Below are positions 40,678 to 53,402 of a stretch of 64,000 nucleotides of DNA, in pieces. Position 1 is the stretch's first letter; each line of letters begins with the position of its first letter. A model generated the notes under the pieces. That model was not told where the DNA came from. It saw only the letters and a list, made by a program, of their open reading frames with translations, and ran no database searches. The position numbers were made by a program, and so were the translations under genes. The DNA is from Octopus sinensis (taxonomy: Eukaryota), in the NCBI RefSeq assembly GCF_006345805.1, contig NC_043017.1:15128001-15192000 (forward strand), in the 5' to 3' direction.

Positions 40678-40774
40678 ATATATATATATATATATAGATA
40701 TATATATATAATATATTTATATATATATGAATAAAAAAAATGGAGTTAACGCAGGTGTAATCATCAATATTTTT

Positions 40775-40858
40775 ACTTTCGACACATGTTTCGAAAATTC
40801 CACTGATACTATTCAAAAGAATAAATGGTATAAACAATGCAATCTTCCTCAGGAAAGT
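40775..40858 (-). ncRNA. Type I hammerhead ribozyme candidate
   Basis: Minus strand: 6-bp stem I ACTTTC/GAAAGT, CTGAGGA, irregular extended stem II (CATTG/CAGTG, ATAC/GTAT, TATTC/GAATA), GAAAC-ATGT-GTC with GUC triplet. Confidence 0.6.
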
Positions 40859-40935
40859 GTGTGAGATTTTTGCTGCCCTGGTAACTACTTATTTATTTTT
40901 CCGTGTTAATTGTAAACAAGCTAAAAATACACTCA

Positions 40936-40974
<39 letters not shown>

Positions 40975-41137
40975 TAGTAATGCAATACTACAGTATTGCT
41001 TTCCAGTAAAGAATTTCCAGTAAATATCGGTACTTCGTTGTGCCATATATTTACTACTTTGTATATATATATATATATATATATATAAATTTATATATTA
41101 TATCTGCCTGTGAATATGGATATAATATGTGTTTATG

Positions 41138-41192
<55 letters not shown>

Positions 41193-41736
41193 CATGTATA
41201 TACACACGTGTGTTGTGTAGGTGTTAGAAGTGGTGTACAGATATTGAATATTGAGAAAAGAAGAGGTTGCAAGAATTTTGGAAAAAGAGTTCTTTTTTTA
41301 CTTAGTCGTTATTATTAACTCATTCGTTCGTCTTCTAATTTGTCAAATATCATTATACTTGTGCAAACAGGTTGTTCATGAATTTTATACAAATCAGGTG
41401 GGTGCTTTTTTTCTTTTTGTTTAGAATGGGAGAACATAGTTTTTTGGGGTGAGGCTCGAGGACAATGGAGATAGAAAGATAGATGTATATATACATTCTA
41501 TCCGTGTGTTTGTGTGTGCCTATAAATATGTACACAGACACACACATTCATATGTGTGTGAGGGGGAGAGTGTGCGTGTGAAAGGCATGTTTTACTGCGG
41601 CTGTTTTCCTGTATGAAAGAAGGGAGGCATGCACGACGTGCACTCACGCCGACTCTCCTGCAATGTTATAGAAGCAGGAGTGCACTAAGTGTTGTTGCAG
41701 CAGGAGGAGAAATACTGCTGCGCTGCAGCAACAGTA

Positions 41737-41776
<40 letters not shown>

Positions 41777-42418
41777 TGTTGTAGTAGTGGTGGTGGTGGT
41801 GGTGGTAATAGTAGCAGTGGTGGTGGTGGTGGTGGTGGTGGTGGTGGTAGTAGTAGTAGTAATAGTAGTAGTAGTAGGCCTTGCAGTTGTTTACGTAAAC
41901 ACCTGCGAAACTATTGTTAGGTGGATGTAATTCATCATAATTTCAAGAATTTATTACATCAACAAACAACGAGACCACGTGACCACATATGAATTATGTG
42001 TGTGTGTGTGTGTGTGTTTGTGTGTGTGTGTACTTACATATATCTATACACACACACACACACACACAAACATACACATATGTCACTGTCAACGGTATTC
42101 TTGTTAAAGAATAATAAATTTTCTCTCTTCAAAAAATATTTACTCTTTAGTCTAATGTAAAATTGTTTATAATATACATACTTTTATATATATACATACA
42201 TATATATATATATGTGTGTGTGTGTGTGCGTGTGTACGTATGTATGTATGCAACACAATGTGGAGAAGAAATATTGGATTATTCCCTCTGACAGGAATCG
42301 GATTAGTATTAGTGATTCTTCGTTTAAAGAATTTCTCCCAGTGGAGCGATCATATTAATTCTTTAAAACAAGGAAACAGTACCAGTGCCATTAGTGCCAT
42401 GAATTTCACAAATACACA

Positions 42419-42478
<60 letters not shown>

Positions 42479-42917
42479 AATAATATTTATATATAGTGAG
42501 TAGGGATTAGTGACTTCAGACGTTTACCACAAATCCATTTGACAAACTTCCGGTCTTCCTTTCGAAATTAACGAACTTCGACACCAACCACTAATTAAAC
42601 ATTGAATGGTTTCCATCTTATTGCTTAATTACGATCAGTTCATCAGAACTGCAAGTACCACTTTGTAGGAGAGAGATCATATGATGTGCATGACTAGGTG
42701 GACGTCGTCATCCTCAAATATCAATGAACCTGCTGCATGATTGGTCACCCTAATTTGTTGAAGCAATCCACGGAGGAAACGATAAACGGTAAACATTCGC
42801 TCTTCCCTTGTTTTCTGTGTGTGGGGAGGGGAACTCCCGTTGAAAAGGATTATGATTGTTCAGATATTGTTGAACGACCAGCACAAATGTACCACGTGTC
42901 ATGTGTGGATGTGATCG

Positions 42918-43037
42918 TAGGACAACGTGAGAGGAAATATTTGGCTCAGGAACAGAAAGCACCACCCAGTCTAGGAATTGAAACCATGATCTCATGATCG
43001 TGAGTGCAACAGCCTAAGCATTAGACCATGGACCCTC

Positions 43038-43038
<1 letters not shown>
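42918..43038 (-). mobile_element. CORE-SINE (family C) degenerate 5' part
   Basis: ggaattgaaaccatgatctcatgatcgtgag tRNA-like head and CORE remnant. Confidence 0.6.
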
Positions 43039-43077
<39 letters not shown>

Positions 43078-43090
43078 TAATATATATATA

Positions 43091-43188
<98 letters not shown>

Positions 43189-44086
43189 ATTAGTTAGTTC
43201 CATAAATAATGCAGTTTTTTTTTTAATTGTATGAACTAAATTCGAGCGGAGCGGAGTGGAATAAACTACTTGCATCAACTTGCTATAAAAGCAGAAAGTA
43301 ATTTTACCTTGTATTTATTCTTAGTGCAAGTTTTGAAGAGTGCAGTTCGATTTTAACAGTTACCTTTTCAATGCTATATTAGAAGTGACAAAGGAGCTTA
43401 TTCGGCATATTTTGCTTTATGAGTTCAATAAAGGCAACAACGCGGCTAAAAGTGCGAGGAATATTAATGCTTAGTACATGGAGATTGGACAATAAGTGTA
43501 AGCTAGTGTCAACAGTAGTTACAGAAACTCCGAATCGCCTAGAAGACGAGATTTATCCTGGAAGATCTGTAGAACTCGACGAGGACGTCCTGCAAAACCT
43601 TGTGGAGCAAAATTCCATCGTAACTGTTGAGGAACCTCGCAGAGAAGCTTGGATTTGGCCATCAAACAAGTTATTCAAGTCAGCGCTAGATGAAAAACAA
43701 CCATCTTTGTTTCATGACGAAAGGAGTTCTTCCATCAGAATAATGCTCGGTCACATACAGCGAGGATGATATTCCAATGGCTGGCGCACTTAGAACAGGA
43801 AACGATGCCCCACCTCCCATATTCGCCAGACATTTATTCTGCAGTCTGCAAAACCATTTGGACGGAAAAAATGGGAATTCCGTAGACGAGGTCAGAAACA
43901 GAATTAGAAGAGTATTTTAGGTCACGGACAAGTAAATTTTGGAAGAGGGGCCTTGCAAGTCTACGTGATAGACGGAAGAACATTGCAGAAAATGTAGAGT
44001 ATATTTTAGATCAAAAAAGAACTTTATGTTAATTTTGAAAAGTAAGATAAGTATTAAAAACCGCATTAGTTATGGGATGACCCAAT
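43189..44086 (+). mobile_element. Internally deleted mariner with both TIRs
   Basis: TIRs attagttagttccataaataatgcagttttt / aaaaaccgcattagttatgggatgacccaat; IRHILLYEFNKGNNA..LEDE..GRSVELDED; FFHQNNARSHTA..PYSPD..SLQNHLDG. Confidence 0.85.
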
Positions 44087-44131
44087 GTGTGTGCGTGTGT
44101 GTGTATACACATACGCACACATATTGTATTT

Positions 44132-44190
<59 letters not shown>

Positions 44191-44730
44191 TTTGTATCTC
44201 CTGTGTGTGCGCGTTGTTGCAATATATCCATTCTGGAGGTGGGAAAATTCCTAAATAAGGTGTTAGAGTGGATATTTTTTCTTAGTAAGAAAACAATCTA
44301 AAGAGAACTCTGATAATAATGCTCACCCTTTCTTACTCTCTCTCTCTCTCTCTCTCTCTTTCTGACCCTCCCCCTTTCTTTATCACTCTCTATTATTTGC
44401 TCAATATTCTTGATATATATGCATATACACAGATACGTTTACATATGCTGTATACGTGTGCGTGTGTATGTATATATATATGTGTGTGTGCACGCATATA
44501 CACACACATATTTATATACACCATTGTATATGTGTGTGTGTGTGGTGTAAGTGTAAATATGTATATAAAATGATAATAAAAAGTGGCATTATTCGAATAT
44601 ATATATTAGTGTTATGTATGTACGCTGTATTCGTTGCCATGGAGACCACCATTTAATAGTAATGGCTGTACTTAAGAAATATTAGTTGACCAGATGGTGT
44701 TGTTTGACATCTGATAACCTCAATGAGGAC

Positions 44731-44783
<53 letters not shown>

Positions 44784-44984
44784 GAATAGAATAACGACAA
44801 TCACTAAAACAGTGTTCCCTGAGTAAGAAATAGGAAATCAGGGCTTCGACCCAGAAAAGAGGTTTGTCTCTGTATCAAACATTTTGACTCTTTTCGTAGA
44901 CCAATTACCATCCTGGGTCTTTGTTAATTATTTCAGTGACTTGCAGCATTTGGTCGAACAAAGCGACTTCTGTACTTGCATTTA

Positions 44985-45498
44985 AGGCTGCTACTTATAC
45001 TGGCGGTCTCTCGTGCCGAACCGCTAGGTTACTGGAACGTCAGCAGACCAACATCATTTCGTAAACGATGGTGGGGAAGAAATACAAACACCCCCCACAC
45101 ACACAACGCACTAACATATATCTCTTATCTTTTACTCGTTTCATTCATTCAACTGCGTACTTTTTATTACTTTTATTATTAAACCTGGCACTTATTTTAT
45201 CGGTCTCTTTAGCCGAATCGCTAAATTACAGAAAAGTAAACACACCAACACCGGTTGTCAAGCAATGATGGGAGACAGACACACAAAGATACACACGCGC
45301 ATACATACATATATGTGTGAGTGTGTGTGTATATATATACGACGGGCTTCTTCTAGTTTCCATCGACCAAATCCACTCACAAAGCATTGATCAGTCCAAG
45401 GCTAAAGCAGAAGATTCTTGCCCAGGCTGTTGCACAGTCAGATTGGACCCAGAATCATGTAGTTTGGAAAGCAAGCTCCTTAATCGCACGACCATACC
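44985..45498 (-). mobile_element. SINE family A copy (45121-45498) plus adjacent partial copy
   Basis: Reverse complement of family A motifs (gacgggcttct..ccaaatccactcacaaagc; aacaccggttgtcaagc; gccgaaccgctag). Confidence 0.7.
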
Positions 45499-45790
45499 TA
45501 CCTTATACATCTCTCATTGGGCACCTTTGTTATTTGGTAGTTTTGTTGGGAAAGTATTCCTCACATCCTCTTTAGATCAAACGTTATTTTCTGCATCGAT
45601 TTTGCCTGTCTATCGTTTAGTCTAGAACATATTTTAATGAAAGTGTGACACTGAAATATACCGTCAAGCAGAAGTAGTGTGCCCTTTTATAAACGAAGGC
45701 AAGCAGGGGTTACATTTGGTCACGAAGGGGACCCACCGAATATACTGGTTATTGTTATCAAGCTATCAAGGTGGGGGGGTCTTTGGTTAG

Positions 45791-45836
45791 CTGATGAAGT
45801 TACAATAAAACCGAAACAAATCTGGAGTTATCTCCC
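45791..45836 (+). ncRNA. Degenerate hammerhead-like motif, copy 1
   Basis: CTGATGA-agttacaataaaacc-GAAAC-aaatctggagttatctccc. Confidence 0.4.
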
Positions 45837-46110
45837 ATATTTGTAGAAATAATTACAATATTATTCATTCAAATATATTTTCTTTTTTCATCCTCATCAT
45901 ATAAACATTTCCCTTAAAGCATTTAATGATTTATATATCAATACTGTTATCACAAATTCCATTGTTGACTTTCCTTGCAGTGGGTGTGTCTAAGATAATC
46001 CTTACTTAAGCAGTTTTATTTTTCTGCAAGCGAAAGCATTCGTTATGGTACGTTTATTTAGCAATTTTCCCCATCATTTCTTCAGTAATTACGAAGATAC
46101 TTATGCTTTA

Positions 46111-46156
46111 CTGATGAGTTTATAATTAAACTGAAACATACTGGGAGTTGTGTCCC
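46111..46156 (+). ncRNA. Degenerate hammerhead-like motif, copy 2
   Basis: CTGATGA-gtttataattaaact-GAAAC-atactgggagttgtgtccc; same spacing as copy 1 and about 35 of 46 positions identical. Confidence 0.4.
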
Positions 46157-46281
46157 TTGGGTGCTGAAAATATATTCGGCTTTATTTACATTGCACACAC
46201 ACACACAAACATACACACACGTGCGTGCATGTATACACATACACACACACGTGCGCGCACATATGCACATACACACACAAA

Positions 46282-46329
<48 letters not shown>

Positions 46330-47104
46330 AAGTATGTATGCATATATGCTAAATATCTGTATGCATAAATTTATATTCGCATGTATATGTATATATATAT
46401 ATATACATTAGTAGAATCATGTGAATAACCAGAATCATAAATACGAGAGTAGATGAGAGTGTGCGTGTGTGCCCGTGTGCGCAGATGTACAGAAGAAGAC
46501 GTTGACAGACAAATGAAGTAATATTGAAAGTCAAAGTGGAGAGAAACTCCTACTGCACTCCAGCTGCGCTGCTACTGCATAGAAGCAGCAGTATTAGAGC
46601 ATTGGACGGGCTCGTCGACTGGATGCTAAGCAGCTGCCGCTGCCGGTGCGCAGCGGGCGCAGCCGAAGACGTTGCACAACAGCCTATTGTATCGCGACAA
46701 ATATTAACAAGTAGTACCAATGTTACCTGCTTGCTTGCCACATCCATACAGCCATACACACATCCGTCTTTGTTATCCATACCTAGATGTGTGTGTGTGT
46801 GTGTGTGTGTGTGTTTGTGCGCGTGTGTGTTTGTGCGTGTGTGTGTGTGCGTGTGTTCTGATTATAGTCGCAAAATTTCTCATCAACAGAGAAAATACTG
46901 TCTCCAAGAAAGAAACGACACTCTTTGGTGTGTTGGCATCAACTTGGTCGTCATGTGTGTGCGCATGCTTGTGTATATTATATGTGTGTATATTATATGT
47001 GTGTATGCATGCACGTCTAAGTGTTTGTTTTCATGTACATATACATACGTGTGTCTGTGTTTCTATAGCTATTTGTGTATATATGAAAGTTTGAATGCGT
47101 ATGT

Positions 47105-47147
<43 letters not shown>

Positions 47148-47174
47148 TATATATATATATATTTATATTTATAT

Positions 47175-47494
47175 AGTGGTTAGGGCAGCGGATTCGCGGT
47201 CGTAGGATCGTGGTTTCCAGCTTTGTGAGTGTTTATTGACGGAAAATACCTAAAGCTCCACGACTCTGCGGCAATGGATGGTGGCGAACCCTGCTGTACT
47301 CTTTTACAACTTTCTTCCTACCAGTTTCTGCTGCATTTCAATTCTTTGTCATGCTGAATCTCCCCGAGAATTATGTTATGGCTACACGTGTCTGTGGAGT
47401 ACTCAGCCACTTGCACGTTAACACGACCAGCAGGCTGTTCCGTTGATCGGATCAACTGAAACAATGGCCATCGGAACTGACGGTGTGCCACGAT
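47175..47494 (+). mobile_element. SINE with family B head and a different 3' module
   Basis: agtggttagggcagcggattcgcggtcgtaggatc..aaagctccacga matches the 19.3-kb head; 3' half matches 33335-33510. Confidence 0.8.
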
Positions 47495-47525
<31 letters not shown>

Positions 47526-47992
47526 TGTAAACAAACCACAAAGGCTTTCGAAGTTACCGAGAGAAAGCTACTATGAAAGACTCATAGTATAACAATAACT
47601 GTATAATAAATTTGAAGAGTCAATTTTTAAATACACACACACGGCATATGTATAATATAATATAATATATATTATTTATATATATATATATATATCGGGG
47701 GTTGTATGTATGTGTGTGAATGTGGGTGTATACATATGTATATATATAAGCAAGTGTATATGATGATCTTTGAGTGTCTGTATATAAGTTGGTTCAGGCG
47801 GTAATCCTGCATAACAGGACGAATAACATCAGAAGGGACCGAATATCCATACGTTTCCATGAATGGATTTATCATTGCATCGACGAGACAACCCGGTGTT
47901 GTTATGCACCGCTGGCCACGGTGCACTTCTTCGCAGTATTGAAGCTCTTTGAATGCTGCCACTGGTTAGGAGGGCAGGCCCGAAATTCTTCT

Positions 47993-48152
47993 TGAACGCC
48001 AGTCCATTACAGGGTGACTCGTTTGCAGGTAAGTGGACTGGAACGGTGTGAAATGAAGAGTTTTGCTGAAGGAACCAATGTTCGACCGAACTGGGATTCG
48101 AAACCACGATCTCTGGATCGTGAATATAACACCGTAACCATCAGGTCACATG
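47993..48152 (-). mobile_element. CORE-SINE (family C), degenerate
   Basis: gtggtttcgaatcccag box B; cttcagcaaaactcttcatttcac CORE-like; ccctgtaatggactggc. Confidence 0.7.
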
Positions 48153-48221
48153 TATGCATTATGTGTGTATGCATGTAAATGTGTGTGTGTGTGAGTGAAT
48201 GTTTATGCTTCAGCATGTGTG

Positions 48222-48262
<41 letters not shown>

Positions 48263-48263
<1 letters not shown>

Positions 48264-48419
48264 TTTATTTAAAGCAGCAGAAAATTCTACAAAACCTGTT
48301 ACTCTGAGTTTCACGTTGCCGTCATCGGACAGTTATTCTAGCAAAAACTGTCCGATGAACGGCAACGTGAAACTCAGAGTAACAGGTTTTGTTAGAATTT
48401 TCTGCTGCTTTAAATAAAG
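48263..48419. repeat. Head-to-head inverted repeat (72/74-bp arms) carrying two hammerhead-like motifs; Penelope pLTR-like remainder to ~48495
   Basis: Arms differ by two 1-nt indels; right arm CTGT-CCGATGA-ACG/GCAA/CGT-GAAAC-TCAGA-GTA-ACAG then AATAAA. Confidence 0.9.
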
Positions 48420-48494
48420 CATATTACTCTACCACTGGTATTTGAGTACTCTTTTTTCCACCTTGTTTCACATTTATGTGTTTACTCCGGTATA

Positions 48495-48525
<31 letters not shown>

Positions 48526-48830
48526 GCATGTATATAGCAGTAATAAAATTAGTGGCTTGATGGATCACATATAGATTGGATCATTATTCACACTGAAAAC
48601 ATATACGCAGGCCTATACGTGCGTATACATATATACGTATAGATGTATGAGTGTGTGGGTGTGCACTTGCATATCTTATATACATATATCCATGTAATTA
48701 TACACACAAACATTCATACACGTATATATTCACGTGAATATATATCTAAACAATTAGAGACATACATAGAATAGTTATACGTTGATGAACGCCCATATAC
48801 ACACACACACATACTCGCACACACACAACA

Positions 48831-48869
<39 letters not shown>

Positions 48870-49197
48870 CACGCACATCATATATTTCTTAATTGCAGGT
48901 CAGGCTACAGCATTTCGTTTTGCAACCATAATATGCCACCAACTGGATTAAAGATTTGTAAGTCAATGTCTGTGTACTTGTACACACACACACACATATG
49001 TATATATATAAACATACAAATTTATGTGTGTGTGTATTTATATACACCCATATATATATTCATTACACTCCACATAAGTATTTTAATACGTTTTCTAAAT
49101 ATACATTCATCCAGAATAGCATCCATGTGACTGGAATCTCACCCGTTCTGCGCCGAATCATGTTTATTTATACAAATATGGACAAATAACACACGTG

Positions 49198-49265
<68 letters not shown>

Positions 49266-49290
49266 TCTGCTTATACAAATGCTTGTATAG

Positions 49291-49338
<48 letters not shown>

Positions 49339-50346
49339 TAATAAAAAGGGCTCAGCAAAGAGATTGCCTCTCCACACACCGAAGTTCAGAAATAGCAGCC
49401 AAAATCTTAGCCATTTCTTCTACTTTAAAAAGGGTCTTCCAGAGAAACCAAAATACTTGAATGTTATTGATTACTTCTTAATTAATTATTTTTACCCTTT
49501 GTTATTATTGATATATATATATATATACACAAACATTTTTACACAGCTATATATACGCATTATATATACATTTGTGCATTCAAATATCAACAACCACAAA
49601 CACATTCGTTCATTATTCTCAATCTAAATATACACTCGTACACTCATATCACATTGCAGACACAAACATTCTATATACACGCCGAACTATGCACACATGC
49701 GTCAGAATTCTGTTCCTCCTCCACGAAACGAACACGTGCATACAGGACAATTTTACACACACGTTTAAAATATCTTCCCGTGCACACAACATGAGCATAT
49801 GTGCATCTACAGATGCAACACACCAGGGGTGCACTCCCACGCAGAAATGCACATGCGCGCGCGCGCACAGCATGCATTCATTTGAAGATCGACACGTGTA
49901 CGTAAGAGTTATACGAGCATTTGTAGATGCACGTCCTTGCCCTGTGCATATTTGCACACATGCACGCTTACATGCATGTGCACTTGGAAACATGCATACA
50001 TGAATACAAACTAGCAGTGACGTCTCTGTGAATCTACAGATGCATGCGTTTGCAAGTGCACACACATCATGCATATGCATGCATATACACATGCACGCGT
50101 GTTGTCTATATATGTAAAGTGTGCTCGGCTACGCATTACACATATATACAGAGACGTGCATAAATTAAGTACACACACATATACACACTCAAACACGCAC
50201 GCATGCTCACACATACTAGCTTACCAGCAGTTATATGCACACTTTATACACTCACATAACTATATATATATATATATTCGTAATCTATTGTATCTCTACC
50301 TGCTTCAACATCTTTAAATTTTCGACAATCATTAAATTTCGGCAAC

Positions 50347-50380
50347 CATTATTATTATTATTATTATTATTATTATCATA

Positions 50381-50446
<66 letters not shown>

Positions 50447-50493
50447 TATTATATCATTATTATTATTATATTATTATTATTATTATTTTATTA

Positions 50494-50550
<57 letters not shown>
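50347..50550 (+). repeat. (TTA)n microsatellite
   Basis: Direct inspection. Confidence 0.95.
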
Positions 50551-50551
<1 letters not shown>

Positions 50552-50629
50552 TCATTGTTATTATTATCCGTAAATATTTCTTTCCGTGCGTTTATATTAC
50601 ATATGTGTATGTAGATATATAAGTTTTAA

Positions 50630-51105
50630 TCTTTGTCTAGTTTCAATCACCGGAGAGAAGCCTTGATTAATTTTTAAAGTCGACCCCAGGATTAATTTTT
50701 AAAGTCTGGTACTCATTTCTCTTGGATCCCTCTTGCTGAAACGCTAAATTACTGGGACAGAAATATATCAACACCGGTTGTCAAATATTACAGAGACACG
50801 TATACACACGTACACACCCACGCACGCACGCACACACGTATCTATATATACATATATATAAATGTGTTTGTGTGTATACACACACACAAATATATATATG
50901 TTTATGTATGTGTGTGTATATATGGAGAGAGAGACAAACAGACAGACAGGCAGAGAGAAAGAGATATAGGATGGGCTTCCACACAGTTTCAATCTACGAA
51001 ATTCAATCACAAAGTATTGGTCGGCCCAAGACTATAATAGAAGACATTTTGCCAAGGTGCCACGCAGTGGGACTCAACCTGAAATCATGTGACCATCATG
51101 CACAC
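50630..51105 (-). mobile_element. SINE family A, degenerate, with expanded internal microsatellite
   Basis: ccaaggtgccacgcagtgggactcaacc; atcaacaccggttgtcaa; ttgctgaaacgctaa. Confidence 0.7.
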
Positions 51106-51403
51106 GGTGGGTTATTTGGAATGTGAATACACACACACACACACACACACTCACACAATTACTGTAATAGATGTGGCTGTTATTTCTAGCGAGGCATCAA
51201 CCTCATTAATATACATTAATTAATTGAGAAGTTAAACGTCATATATTATTAGATATGATGATGCGATAGCATGGCCGCAGTCGTGGGACCAAAACTGGCG
51301 AAAGACTAAAATAAAAGGAAAGATAGTTTTACTTTTCTTAGACTTAATATTTTCGTGAAGAGTTTTTGTTGTTGCCTGACTTTCCCGAGTTATTTATGAA
51401 ATA

Positions 51404-51521
51404 AGAATAACTGGAATGTCCGGTAGCTTTCATTTCTGATCCAAGACCGATTATAATCAGTCTTGGATCAGAAATAAAAACTATTGGTGCCCTAACACGA
51501 CTTGGACATTCCAGTTATTCT
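51404..51521. repeat. Nested palindrome (inner ~58 bp plus 18-bp outer arms)
   Basis: atttctgatccaagac/gtcttggatcagaaat around gattataatc; outer agaataactggaatgtcc/ggacattccagttattct. Confidence 0.9.
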
Positions 51522-52210
51522 ACGATATTCGCCAGTCTTGGAGACATAATTTGATGTAAAGTTGCTGACAGACCAGAAACTGGGAGGATTGTGGCTGCTA
51601 ACATACCTCACGGCTGTTTCTTTATTGTGTGTCGTTCGTATGTAACAAAAGAGAAAATTTAGGAAAGCCAACCGTCTGTTTGTGATGCTAGTGTGAAAGA
51701 TGTGCAGGACTATTAACAAGACTGAAAGAGGAACGATGGCGGGGTATCAACAGAAGTTATCTAAAGGCCTAGGATTCGGTTGTGTGACAGTGTTAATTGT
51801 TAATAAATACAAACACATCAAGGAAGAGAAGTGTAGCTGTGATGTAAAAGTAGTCGAGCAACAGACTACTGGGGGAAATGGTCGCAGGTTCGCAACTTCC
51901 CAGCTGTACTTCAGAAATGACACCGGAGGACTCCTTTTATTTCATTGGGGTGTCACAGTTCCTTGCACTGAATAAGTACCATAAGGCGGTGCAGATTATA
52001 TATTTTTGCTCTTGTTGTTTTTAATGTTTAGTCAGAGATGTTAAGGTGGTTCCCATGATAATTTTCAGGATCCCCATGAGATGTGGGAGAGAAAAAGGAA
52101 GTTATTCTCAGACAATAGAACTGTCCTGGATGTTTACAACAAATGTAATTTATATTGTGCGTGTGTTTTTATTGGCTAAACTGGCAAAATGACCATTCCG
52201 AAATATGACA

Positions 52211-52261
<51 letters not shown>

Positions 52262-52824
52262 TCTATGTGTGTGTGTGTGTGTGTGTGTGTGCTGAAACCG
52301 AGATTTTTGAATGTTAGTAATCATAATTTGGTCAAATAAATGGCACTAAATTTATACAAACTCCTGAATGAAATATAGAACTAAATCACGTTAACGAGGA
52401 TCATATTTCAATCCGTGCCGTGGCCAACTCAGTAAAAAGGCCTGAGAAAACATCTTCAAGTGTCCTGTTCATGTTCCACTGTGCTTTGAGTTCAAGCCCA
52501 ACTGGTGTGGCCTTCCAATTTCATCGTCCCGGAATCGATAAGAAACGTTCACACCATGGGCTGCGTTAATCGAGCAATTAGAAACCGAAACATCCAAATG
52601 GTAGAACCGTTAAACGTCGCAAAAAGAAATTACCGTTCTTAACGTTCAGAGATCAAATCCTGTCCGTGTCCAAGTAATAATCAAATACTACGGAGGATGT
52701 AATCGAAGAATCCCTTCTTTACTAAATTACTGACCTTACTATTGCGCCTTAACTAGAAATAATTTATATAAAGAAATTCATAATTACTTTTATTATGGAA
52801 GATTAAGAGAGGGGTCAGCATAGG

Positions 52825-53235
52825 ACAAAATGGCTTGCAGTATGTATTGTGATCCTTAGGTCCTGAGTTCAAATTACACTGAGGTTAACTTTGTCTTCCA
52901 TCATTCAGAAACCGATGAAATAAATTTTAAGAATCAGTCAAAAATTGATTCCGGATATCTGATGCAAATACCGAAAATTTCCTGGCGTTATGCTTCTTAA
53001 GGAAATCGTTATTAAAAGCAGCGTGCCGGCAAAATCATTACTACGCCGGAAAAAAAATGGTCAACAAGATTTCATCTGTCTTTACGGTCTAAGTTCGAAT
53101 TCCGCCGAGGTCGACCTTACCTCTCAACTCTTTTGGAGTTGAGTAAGAGTCAAGCACAGGAGTCGGCGAAATCGACAAGACATTTTTCCCTACTTCCGCC
53201 AAAATGTCAGGCTTTTGTGCCTATACTGGAAAGGA
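52825..53235 (+). mobile_element. Two degenerate tandem SINE family D copies
   Basis: ctgagttcaaattacactgagg (52860s) and aagttcgaattccgccgaggtcgacc (53090s); further fragments at 52460-52665 and 37060-37200. Confidence 0.65.
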
Positions 53236-53305
53236 TATATTGTCATCATTGTTATTATCATTAATAACAATTGCACCATCATAGGATGTACAACTTGTAT
53301 ATGAG

Positions 53306-53396
<91 letters not shown>

Positions 53397-53402
53397 ATAG
53401 AT

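Noticed and set aside
47672-47962. ORF MAAFKELQYCEEVHRGQRCITTPGCL..
   Set aside because: No recognisable domain or splice signals; runs into microsatellite.
49572-50230. 143-147 aa His/Cys-rich ORFs
   Set aside because: Degenerate (CA/TG/CATG) microsatellite-derived sequence.
53123-53143. 8-bp hairpin ctcaactc/gagttgag
   Set aside because: A small local inversion within a degenerate SINE; absent from sister copies.
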